This document shows positions 17,717 through 25,643 of a DNA stretch of 32,000 nt, one piece after another. Source of the DNA: Candidatus Saccharimonadota bacterium (GTDB taxonomy: Archaea; Nanohalarchaeota; Nanosalinia; Nanosalinales; Nanosalinaceae); assembly GCF_029232205.1 (NCBI RefSeq), contig NZ_CP107255.1, positions 330,001-362,000 of the forward strand, written 5' to 3'. The translations under genes were made by a program, and so were the position numbers. The notes beneath the pieces are model-generated. The model was given only the letters and a program-made list of their open reading frames with translations, was not told where the DNA came from and did not search any database. Positions within the stretch are counted from its first letter, which is position 1, and each line of letters begins with the position of its first letter.

Positions 17717-18769
17717 ATGTTAGACTTTTTCCAGGAAGAAGACTTTCAACCAGGATACTCCCTGACCAAGAAGATAATCTATGGTTCGATGGCTGTAGGA
17801 GCAGCAATAGTCATGGTAGGAGTATTTCTGTACATTCAGGGAGCTGATAGAATCGGTGGAACAGCATTCCTGCTAGGCCTGATGATAGGAGTAGTACCTT
17901 TCGGTATTCTATCCTTCCTCAGAAACAGGGCAGTAAGACAGATGGAGGACCAGTTCCCCTCATTCCTGAAGGATCTGGCAGAGTCCAAGAGAGGAGGCAT
18001 GACAATTATGAAGGCCTTCGAATCCGCAAAAGAGACGGACTACGGCCGATTGAACAGCGAAATTGAGAAAATACACTACGAGCTTACATGGGGAATTCCC
18101 TTCCCTGAAGTAATGGAAAGATTCTCAAAAAGAATGAAAGACTCCGCAGTAATCCAGGAATCCACATCTATTATTATCCAGAGCTTTGAGAGTGGAGGAG
18201 AAATCACAAAGACAATTGAGTCGGTAGGAGACGACGCAACCAAGCTTAAAGAAGTAATACAGGAGAAAGACGCCAAACTAAGACAGCAACTGGTTATCAT
18301 GTACGTCATTTACTTCCTATTCATCGGAATCACTATTGGAATCTACACAATGCTTGCACAGCTACTAGGCCTCGGCAGCCCAGATCCGGGAGCACTCTCC
18401 GGAGTAAAAGAAGTACTCAGCCAGAGTGGAAGCGGAGGAGGCGGAGGATCAGGCCCAACAAACTACTGCAGTGGCAGCATCGCCGCAGCACAACCATTCT
18501 GCTCCACCGCAAAAATCTTCGGATTCGTACCCGCAAACGTAACATCAGACCTTGCAAGCGAATACGCAAACCAGTACAGCTATGGAAGAATGGCTTATTA
18601 CAAATCACTCCTATTCACAATGCTTATGATCCAGGGAGCATGCACCGCAGCAGTAGCAGGTCAGGTATCAGAAGGAAGCCCCAGCGCAGGAGTAAAACAC
18701 GCACTAATCATGCTTCCGCTGGCATTCATCGCATTCATGGTAGCGGTTGCCTCTGCAGGTGTACCATAA
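17717..18769 (+). CDS. Pilus platform membrane protein, FlaJ/TadC-like, single T2SSF domain (second half) with a C-terminal extension
   Basis: EDQFPSFLKDLAESKRGGMTIMKAFESAKE...FPEVMERFSKRMKDSAVIQESTSIIIQSFESGGEITKTIE is followed by a Gly run, a Cys pair and more TM helices. AGGTGA at 17704-17709 lies 7 nt before the ATG. Confidence 0.8.
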   Translation: MLDFFQEEDFQPGYSLTKKIIYGSMAVGAAIVMVGVFLYIQGADRIGGTAFLLGLMIGVVPFGILSFLRNRAVRQMEDQFPSFLKDLAESKRGGMTIMKAFESAKETDYGRLNSEIEKIHYELTWGIPFPEVMERFSKRMKDSAVIQESTSIIIQSFESGGEITKTIESVGDDATKLKEVIQEKDAKLRQQLVIMYVIYFLFIGITIGIYTMLAQLLGLGSPDPGALSGVKEVLSQSGSGGGGGSGPTNYCSGSIAAAQPFCSTAKIFGFVPANVTSDLASEYANQYSYGRMAYYKSLLFTMLMIQGACTAAVAGQVSEGSPSAGVKHALIMLPLAFIAFMVAVASAGVP

Positions 18770-19632
18770 TGAAAGGCCAGTTCAGCATAGAATACTTCGG
18801 ATCAATGGTACTATTTCTCGTAGCGGTCGTAGGCCTATCAACTATCGGAGCCAACCAGGTTCCAAACTTCAGAGACGACGTCCATCAGGCCTCACTTAAT
18901 CTAGAGGCCTATACTCTATCTTCAAGACTTATGAGCCAGCCGGGATATCACAACTTCGATGATGGTGGAACGAACTGGGAGAAAAATATTTCCACTATAC
19001 GGAATACCGAGCAGGTAGGCCTTGCTAACGAGTACAGGGTACTACAGAAAAGAAAGATCGACCAGCTGACAACAGTAGCAGATGACGATCTAAACTACAG
19101 TATTTTCACTGACTCATTTAACCTGGAAAATGACTACAGGATGCGTTTTACGTGGTTCCCTGTAATAACAACCACAAAATCATTCACTAGGACACAGTCT
19201 CCACCAGAAATACAAGAGCCAGCTGACTTCAATTTCGGAAGCTACGACGACGCAGACAATACAGTACATTATAACACCTATGAGTTCATGTCTACAAAAT
19301 ACTGCTTCCTGACAGTCTCTCACAACGGCGTATACGACACAGTCTACAAAACAGAATACAACAGCTCCAGCATATACCCATGCGAATTCAATACAGACAC
19401 TGTTCGCGTGGGCGCAGGAGGCCCAATCACCTTATCAGGATACCAGTTCAGAATAGAGGAAATACAGAACAGGCCTGACCAGCAGGGATCTATGTTTATA
19501 CTGAGAAGACAGATACGTACTTTTGGCGCATCCTTTGATAGAAACGCCAGAACAATCAAACTTAACAGGTATGCGGTTTTAGATGCAAAAGGAGAAATAC
19601 AACCGCTAAGAATAGAGGTGTGGGCATGGTAA
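18769..19632 (+). CDS. Prepilin-like protein (class III signal peptide), 287 aa
   Basis: The internal Met of track ORF 18640..19632 gives MKGQ|FSIEYFGSMVLFLVAVVGLSTIG, a QxSxE motif. Its ATG overlaps the upstream stop (TAATG). The 43 codons upstream encode an Arg/Ser-rich out-of-frame overlap with the platform gene. Confidence 0.65.
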   Translation: MKGQFSIEYFGSMVLFLVAVVGLSTIGANQVPNFRDDVHQASLNLEAYTLSSRLMSQPGYHNFDDGGTNWEKNISTIRNTEQVGLANEYRVLQKRKIDQLTTVADDDLNYSIFTDSFNLENDYRMRFTWFPVITTTKSFTRTQSPPEIQEPADFNFGSYDDADNTVHYNTYEFMSTKYCFLTVSHNGVYDTVYKTEYNSSSIYPCEFNTDTVRVGAGGPITLSGYQFRIEEIQNRPDQQGSMFILRRQIRTFGASFDRNARTIKLNRYAVLDAKGEIQPLRIEVWAW

Positions 19633-22157
19633 GTAGAAAAGGAGCAGGATATGCAATTGAACTAATGGTATCAATATTTGTATTACTGGCCTTTGCAGCA
19701 GGAAGCTTCAATATTCCTGAAAATCAGGACTGGTCCAGCTATCAGGAAGAGATAGCAGCTCAGGATCTCAGCTACTCTCTGAAGAGGACAGGCCACACTA
19801 CTCATTTCCTGAAAAACAGTGAGACAGGATCTCTGAAAACTGCAATTCAAACAATCTCCGCCAGGGATATGCAGGTCTCTGGAACAGTTTCAAATCTTCC
19901 TATCCTCGAAACAGTGGTAGGATATCACACACTGCCCAAGAGAAGATATCCTAATCAGGAACTTCAGAACACGATAACCGACTGTTCGGGAGACCTGGAT
20001 GAACTGGAAAGCGAAGTCGAGTCCGGAGTTCCGATACTACAGACAGATCCTGGAAACTCGAGAGAAGGCCTTCATGACGTAACGCTGTACGTCGGGGACA
20101 CAGATCCAAAAGTATCGGGAGGATTCAACGGCAACACAGATTACGATACTGTGTGGGTTGATAACGGAACAGAATGCCAGTTCACCTCAGATCAAGGCCC
20201 ATTCTACCTTGAGGACTTCTTCCTATGGGGGAACACAACAGAAGACACGCCAGACACATACTACGATATCAAATCAATCAACTCCAATGAAATACAGCTT
20301 TACAAAGCAGATCAGCCTGTAGAAATGCAAAAAATGCTTTCCAACAGAGTTAACGGCATAAAAACACAGACATCTGTTGATACGCTAGCTTTAAACAACG
20401 CAAATCTCTCAAATTACGATATACTAGTATTCAGGGAAGAAGAATCGCTGGATGATATCCAGAACTCAAGAACAAAAATAGAAGACTTCATGAATAGAGG
20501 ATCTGTTCTACTGCTGATGAACTTGCAGGAGACAGATACCAATCACCCATTCGTAGAGGATGTAGGCCTTGAATGGACCTCCTTAAGTCAGGGAGATAAA
20601 ACCACTAGCTGCCCTCACACAGGAGATGTCGTAATCGATGGATCAAACTCGCCATGCACATTCGGGCCAGGAAAACACTTCATGAACAGCCTGGAAATAC
20701 AGGCAACAGGTCAGGTAAACATAAATAGCCAGCCAAGAGCATGTGAAAACATTTTCAGAGGAAGAGGATGCAACGAAACTGACTACGCTCAGTACTCTCC
20801 GAAACTGGTTGTGGAAGGCCCGGTAAACATAGAAGGAACCATAAACGGCGTAGGAGAAGGATTCCAGGCAGACTCTGGAGGACCTTACGGCCCAGGAGCA
20901 GGCTCAAACGGGAGCGATGCTGGTGGCGGAGCCTACGGGGGCGATGGAGGAGGCCCTGGAGGCGGCGATGAGTATGGATTGAGCTTTGGTGCTGACAGAC
21001 TTGGATCTGCAGGAGGATATGACACTGATGGGTTCTACGGTGGAGATGGCGGTGGCAGCGTCTGGATTCAGAGCGAGAGCTTCAGTCTAACCGGACAAAT
21101 TAATGTGGATGGAGAAGATGGAGCCAGCGATGCTGGTGGCGGAGCTGGTGGAAGCGTAAAAATACAATCAGATGAAGTATCCGGCACAGGAGATATCACT
21201 GCTAACGGCGGAGACTCATCTTCAAGCGGCGGTGGTGGTGCAGGAGGCCGAGTACTGGTAAAAAGTGGTTCAGGAGATAACAACTTTAATATTGAAACAG
21301 CAGGAGGCTCCGGAGTCTCTACAGCGTCAGGAGGCTCGGTTGAAAGCCCTCCAGGAATACCAGAGCTAGATAACATGATCGCAGGATTCACAACCACGGT
21401 CTCCGATGAAGCAGATTCCTACTTCAAAGGCCTGAACGGAGATCAGAGAAAGATTTCACTGGTTCCTGGAGGCTGGATAAAATCAGGCGGAGCAGAAACC
21501 GTGACCTCGGATGAAAACTTTTTGTACACAATCAACCAAAGATACAACTCCAACGACTGGAACGCTACCTCAAGAAACATGAACTATCTCTCATCAAGGC
21601 CTCCAGGAGCACCACAGGGAGACCTATACTCTGAAGACGTTCTAACATTCCCTGGCCCAGCCTGCAACGGAAACACATCCTGTGAAGTTGTAAATACCTG
21701 CCTAGGCAACTGTGGATCAGATAGAATAAGAGGCCTGAACGTGGACTTTGATGAGGACGATGACTACAGTGATCCAGGAGAAGGCCCTTTCCTCCAGAGT
21801 GAGAGAGTGGTGATCGCCAACAGAAGCTACCGTGTATCTTTCAACCATAGCTCTGCATGTAACGACGGAAGAGACTGTGCGGGATTTGTGTTTGCTGGCT
21901 CAGATGAGATAGAGCTAATTAACCATAGAACTGATTTCGAAGGATTTCAGGGCCAGAGACTTGCTAGAGCAGCTTATGAGCAAGAATTTGAAACAGATGA
22001 TCTTAAGACATTGGCCTCGACTATTTACTGGTTGAGAGGAGATCAGCTAACATTTTCGCAGGAAGATCAACCTGAATACTCCACAGGAGTGGTAGGAAGC
22101 GTCAAGGAAGAGGTATTTATGCCCTACAAACTGAATCTAAGGTGGTCTAATGAGTAA
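19626..22157 (+). CDS. Large secreted prepilin-like protein with Cys-rich and glycine-run repeat domains (candidate adhesin)
   Basis: MVSRKG|AGYAIELMVSIFVLLAFAAGSF at the N-terminus; the ATG forms an ATGGTAA overlap with the upstream stop. A central Gly-rich repeat region spans about 20850-21350, and Cys clusters lie on both sides of it. Confidence 0.7.
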   Translation: MVSRKGAGYAIELMVSIFVLLAFAAGSFNIPENQDWSSYQEEIAAQDLSYSLKRTGHTTHFLKNSETGSLKTAIQTISARDMQVSGTVSNLPILETVVGYHTLPKRRYPNQELQNTITDCSGDLDELESEVESGVPILQTDPGNSREGLHDVTLYVGDTDPKVSGGFNGNTDYDTVWVDNGTECQFTSDQGPFYLEDFFLWGNTTEDTPDTYYDIKSINSNEIQLYKADQPVEMQKMLSNRVNGIKTQTSVDTLALNNANLSNYDILVFREEESLDDIQNSRTKIEDFMNRGSVLLLMNLQETDTNHPFVEDVGLEWTSLSQGDKTTSCPHTGDVVIDGSNSPCTFGPGKHFMNSLEIQATGQVNINSQPRACENIFRGRGCNETDYAQYSPKLVVEGPVNIEGTINGVGEGFQADSGGPYGPGAGSNGSDAGGGAYGGDGGGPGGGDEYGLSFGADRLGSAGGYDTDGFYGGDGGGSVWIQSESFSLTGQINVDGEDGASDAGGGAGGSVKIQSDEVSGTGDITANGGDSSSSGGGGAGGRVLVKSGSGDNNFNIETAGGSGVSTASGGSVESPPGIPELDNMIAGFTTTVSDEADSYFKGLNGDQRKISLVPGGWIKSGGAETVTSDENFLYTINQRYNSNDWNATSRNMNYLSSRPPGAPQGDLYSEDVLTFPGPACNGNTSCEVVNTCLGNCGSDRIRGLNVDFDEDDDYSDPGEGPFLQSERVVIANRSYRVSFNHSSACNDGRDCAGFVFAGSDEIELINHRTDFEGFQGQRLARAAYEQEFETDDLKTLASTIYWLRGDQLTFSQEDQPEYSTGVVGSVKEEVFMPYKLNLRWSNE
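20850..21350 (+). repeat. Glycine-run coding repeats inside the 845-aa gene, including an exact 20-nt direct repeat
   Basis: There are about three units of about 30 aa: GGDGGGSVWIQSESFSLTGQINVDGEDGAS / DAGGGAGGSVKIQSDEVSGTGDITANGGDSSS / GGGGAGGRVLVKSGSGDNNFNIETAGGSG. The 20-mer agcgatgctggtggcggagc occurs at 20913-20932 and again at 21126-21145. Confidence 0.75.
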
Positions 22158-22485
22158 AAGAAGTAAAGGCCAGTTCATGGTTATCTCGTCTATAATAATC
22201 AGCCTTATTCTAATGGCGACATCTGCTGCAATCACGGATGTTCAAAAGGAGAAGCATACTCCAACGGATAGAGGGCAGTATGTTCAGATGATTAAGAATG
22301 AAGCTAAGGAGGTGGATGCAGGCAATCCTAAAGATATCAGAAACTTCAATAAAATGGTGAACTCCATCGATAAGTATACAGTTAATTCTCAGTACTGGAA
22401 CAGGGATTCGGCAACAGACTGCTTTAATGTAACAATGAGAAGCTCGGATACCGATTTCGATCTAGGTTGCGTGCCTATTGATTGA
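22150..22485 (+). CDS. Prepilin-like protein (class III signal peptide), 111 aa
   Basis: MSKRSKGQ|FMVISSIIISLILMATSAAI. The start forms an ATGAGTAA overlap with the upstream gene. The 3' end overlaps the convergent rfcL by 11 nt. Confidence 0.6.
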   Translation: MSKRSKGQFMVISSIIISLILMATSAAITDVQKEKHTPTDRGQYVQMIKNEAKEVDAGNPKDIRNFNKMVNSIDKYTVNSQYWNRDSATDCFNVTMRSSDTDFDLGCVPID

Positions 22486-23668
22486 ACTTTCTGATAAATT
22501 CAACTTCATCCTCTTCAAGCTCCAGTTCCTCTATAACCTCGCTATCACCGCTCTCTATCATTTCAGCTATGAAAGGCAGCTCTCTAACAGACTCACGTCC
22601 AGAAATATGAAGTTTCTCTCCTAGCTTGGAAGATATAGATTTCAACTTGTTCCTAGAAGCTCGAGACTGACCCATCTTCTTAATCTTCGAAGGATACTGA
22701 TACTTGGTCCAACCACTGTACTTTTCGGCCTTGCTCAACGCAACACCAACAGTTGAGAAACTGTAGACATACTTCAGAAGCTTCCAGTTCTGGCTCTTCA
22801 TAATCCTGCCGTTAAACAGATCTGCCTTTGAAACATATTCGTAGGCATTCGCAATATCCTCTTTCCTCTTGTACTCGCGGGGAACATTCTCTCTAATCCA
22901 CTGCATAAACGTCTCTGCATCTTCATCAAGATTTTCTGTGGCCTGACGAGCATTGTCAGGATTCTTGGTCTTGAAAATAATCTTCAGAGAATCAAAAATC
23001 TCCTGACGATTATCTCTGCTAGCAATAACGTCAAGATCATCAGTAGTAATTTTATCCTTGCCAAGGGCCACGGCCTCAAGATCGTTAATCGCTGAACGCA
23101 TCTGCCCACCGGCCTGACGAGCAATCCTCTTCGGCACACCATCCTCATATTCAATTCCTTCTTCCTCCAGAATCTCCTTCAGATGGGCCGCAATCGAATT
23201 AGTATGCACAGAATCAAGCTTTACAGTCTTGGAAATATTTCTGAGATTTCTGATACTGTTAGCGTAAGCATCGTTAGCTGTCATAACTACAGGGAAACGA
23301 GACTCCTGGACAATCCTCTTCAGCTCGGCAGCTCCTCCGCGATCAGTAGAACTCATGCCATCAACTTCATCAATTAAAATCAGTTTCTGACCGCCAAAGA
23401 AAGAGGCCTGACGGGTAGCTTCTTTCAACTCTTCCTTTAACTTGGACTTTGTACGTACATCGGATGCATTAGTCTCGACAAGCTCGTAACCTAGATCGTT
23501 AGCCAGGGCCTCAACAAGAGAAGTCTTCCCTGTACCGGCCTGACCATGCAGAAGAACAGGTTTGTCTCCACTCTCCCAGTCTTTAATCCATTCCTGCAGC
23601 TCCTTCTTCTGATTCGAAGCTCCACGATATTCTGAAAGACTTTCAGGCCTGTATTTTTCTACCCACAT
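22475..23668 (-). CDS. rfcL: Replication factor C large subunit
   Basis: MWVEKYRPESL, Walker A LLHGQAGTGKTSLVEALA, LILIDEVDGM, and the typical archaeal RFC-L length and C-terminal acidic tail. Confidence 0.9.
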   Translation of the reverse strand: MWVEKYRPESLSEYRGASNQKKELQEWIKDWESGDKPVLLHGQAGTGKTSLVEALANDLGYELVETNASDVRTKSKLKEELKEATRQASFFGGQKLILIDEVDGMSSTDRGGAAELKRIVQESRFPVVMTANDAYANSIRNLRNISKTVKLDSVHTNSIAAHLKEILEEEGIEYEDGVPKRIARQAGGQMRSAINDLEAVALGKDKITTDDLDVIASRDNRQEIFDSLKIIFKTKNPDNARQATENLDEDAETFMQWIRENVPREYKRKEDIANAYEYVSKADLFNGRIMKSQNWKLLKYVYSFSTVGVALSKAEKYSGWTKYQYPSKIKKMGQSRASRNKLKSISSKLGEKLHISGRESVRELPFIAEMIESGDSEVIEELELEEDEVEFIRKFNQ

Positions 23669-23692
23669 GGTGTTACGCTACCATCACGCAAT

Positions 23693-23711
23693 AAGCCGCA
23701 CTGAGCGGCTT
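23693..23711 (-). other. Perfect 7-bp hairpin between rfcS and rfcL
   Basis: aagccgc-actga-gcggctt lies in the 63-nt rfcS-rfcL spacer, about 24 nt upstream of the rfcL ATG. Confidence 0.5.
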
Positions 23712-23731
23712 CTGATTCTTGATTTTATCAT

Positions 23732-24682
23732 TTAATTATTCTCCAGGTTTCCGATTTTGGCCAAGAGAGATTCGATCTGGATGTCGCTGCTTCCTCCTTC
23801 TGCAATCCTGAATTCGAACTCCCCGAGATGTTCAACGATCTCAAGCTTGGCATCATCGCTGATATCAAGGTCAAAAACCTCTCTGTGAATCGAATTAATC
23901 ACATCCTGGCCATCAAGGCCTCTGTTGATCATTATCTCGGCAAGATCTTCACGAGCCTCAATAAAGTCGCCGGCAAGAGCCTTATCAAGTATTTCTCTGA
24001 TTTCATCAGGTCTAAGAGAGGCTGCAACTGCGTAAATATCTTTTTCCTCTATTTCATCGTTCTGTATGGACGCGGTCTGAAGCACGTTGGTAACTCTTCT
24101 TAGATCACCGTCCGAGACTCGCATGATTGCGTCGATAGCGTCTTCTGAAATTTTGAAGCCTTCTTCTTTTCCAAGTCTCTGGATGTACTCCTCAACTTTA
24201 TCCTGTTCCAACCTGTTAAATCTGAATACTGCGCACCTGGACTGTATAGGGTCGATTATCTTTGAAGAGTAATTACATGAAAGTATGAAACGGCAGTTAT
24301 CTGAGAACTGTTCCATTGTTCTTCTCAAGGCCTGTTGTGCATCAGAAGTAAGTGCGTCGGCCTCATCAAGGAAAATAATCTTGTAATCTGCATTAATAGG
24401 TTTTGTACGGGCAAAGTCCTTGATTTTTTCTCTTACTACGTTGATTCCTCTCTCGTCGGAGGCGTTAGTTTCCATAAAATTCTGTTTCCACTCATCGCCG
24501 TAGAGATCTTTAGCCATGGCAATAGCGGATGTGGTTTTACCTGTTCCTGCAGGCCCTGCAAACAGGATGTGCGGTACTGAGTCCTCCTCTACGAAAGCGC
24601 TCAGTCTGTCAACAATGTTGTCCTGTCCAACTACTTCATCAAGGCTGTCAGGCCTGTACTTTTCTGTCCAGATGCTTATCAA
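23732..24682 (-). CDS. rfcS: Replication factor C small subunit
   Basis: IWTEKYRPDSLDEVVGQ, Walker A LFAGPAGTGKTT, IIFLDEADALT, and SRC (QSRCAVFRF). The TTG start is forced because an in-frame TAA lies two codons upstream. Confidence 0.92.
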   Translation of the reverse strand: MISIWTEKYRPDSLDEVVGQDNIVDRLSAFVEEDSVPHILFAGPAGTGKTTSAIAMAKDLYGDEWKQNFMETNASDERGINVVREKIKDFARTKPINADYKIIFLDEADALTSDAQQALRRTMEQFSDNCRFILSCNYSSKIIDPIQSRCAVFRFNRLEQDKVEEYIQRLGKEEGFKISEDAIDAIMRVSDGDLRRVTNVLQTASIQNDEIEEKDIYAVAASLRPDEIREILDKALAGDFIEAREDLAEIMINRGLDGQDVINSIHREVFDLDISDDAKLEIVEHLGEFEFRIAEGGSSDIQIESLLAKIGNLENN

Positions 24683-24749
24683 GAGTTAATTCCCCTCAAG
24701 AATCAAGGTGTGATTCAAACTTTTATGTCTACGCCGACCAGTTCTCGAT

Positions 24750-25250
24750 GTGAAAATAACAATAACAGGGACTCCAGGAACAGGAAAAACAACAGTATCA
24801 GACAATCTGGACATACCGGTAATACATCTCACAGAATTCGTTAAGGAAAAAGGCCTCGGCGAACAGAAAGAAGAGTTCGAAGTAGACATCCCTGCAATGG
24901 TAGAGGCCCTGGAAGAAGAAACAGATGATTACGAAGACGTCGTGATAGAAGGCCACCTCGCACACTACTATCCGTCCGATCTATGTATCGTACTGCGCTG
25001 TGACCCTGAGGTCCTTGACGAGAGACTTGAGGAAAGAGAGTACTCTGAAGCAAAAGTCAGGGAGAATCTGGAATCCGAGGCCCTCGATATCGTACTTGCA
25101 CAGGCCATAGAGAATCAGGAAACAGTTATAGAGATAGACACAACCAACCTCTCGAGGGAAGAAGTTATCGAGAAAATGGAAGAGAAAATTGAGAAATGGC
25201 CTGAAGTAGAATCAGACTACGGAAAAGTAGACTGGAGCGAATGGTTATAG
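24750..25250 (+). CDS. Fap7 / adenylate kinase isoenzyme 6-like P-loop kinase
   Basis: (GTG)KITITGTPGTGKTTVS, VVIEGHLAHYY, LRCDPEVLDERLEEREYSEAKVRENLESEALD. The GTG start is forced: an in-frame TGA lies at 24711-24713 and no ATG precedes the P-loop. Confidence 0.8.
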   Translation: MKITITGTPGTGKTTVSDNLDIPVIHLTEFVKEKGLGEQKEEFEVDIPAMVEALEEETDDYEDVVIEGHLAHYYPSDLCIVLRCDPEVLDERLEEREYSEAKVRENLESEALDIVLAQAIENQETVIEIDTTNLSREEVIEKMEEKIEKWPEVESDYGKVDWSEWL

Positions 25251-25577
25251 GCTGGAGTTAATCCAGTCCATCAAATCGGCCTTATTCATAGCGCCGGACT
25301 TTCTTGCGATCTCTTCACCATCTCTAACAATTACAAGTGTGGGAAGAGCTCTAACACCCATCTCGGTGCCGATTCCCTGGTGTTCCTCCATATCAACCTT
25401 TCCAAAGTGAATGTCATCCATTTCTTCGGAAGCCTCCTCAAAGTGAGGTGCCAGCATCTTACAAGGTTGACACCAGTCGGCCCAGAAATCAATTATCCAG
25501 GTCTCTTCGCTGTTTTTAATATCTTCCATCTTCTCAGGGTCGATATCTGTTGGCATACCAACAACAGTGAAATCCAC
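25245..25577 (-). CDS. trxA: Thioredoxin
   Basis: The active site is WADWCQPCKMLAP (a WCxPC motif) in a protein of thioredoxin length. The start is either GTG 25577 or the in-frame ATG 21 nt downstream. Confidence 0.85.
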   Translation of the reverse strand: MDFTVVGMPTDIDPEKMEDIKNSEETWIIDFWADWCQPCKMLAPHFEEASEEMDDIHFGKVDMEEHQGIGTEMGVRALPTLVIVRDGEEIARKSGAMNKADLMDWINSSL

Positions 25578-25643
25578 TCTTAAGAAGAAACCGGTAACAA
25601 AAAATAAAGAAAGAAGAAGGCCCTGAAAATTCCAGTAAAGGCC

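Noticed and set aside
18640-18768. The N-terminal 43 codons of track ORF 18640..19632 (MHRSSSRSGIRRKPQRR...).
   Set aside because: This stretch overlaps the platform gene out of frame and is Arg/Ser-rich junk. The internal Met at 18769 yields a canonical MKGQFSIE class III signal and a TAATG coupling junction.
12310-22485. Interpreting the locus as an archaellum (motility) operon.
   Set aside because: I recognised no FlaH (KaiC-like), FlaF/FlaG or FlaC/D/E-type genes. The platform is split, and the substrates include very large and very small prepilins rather than tandem archaellins. An adhesive-pilus interpretation fits better, though ATPase phylogeny is needed.
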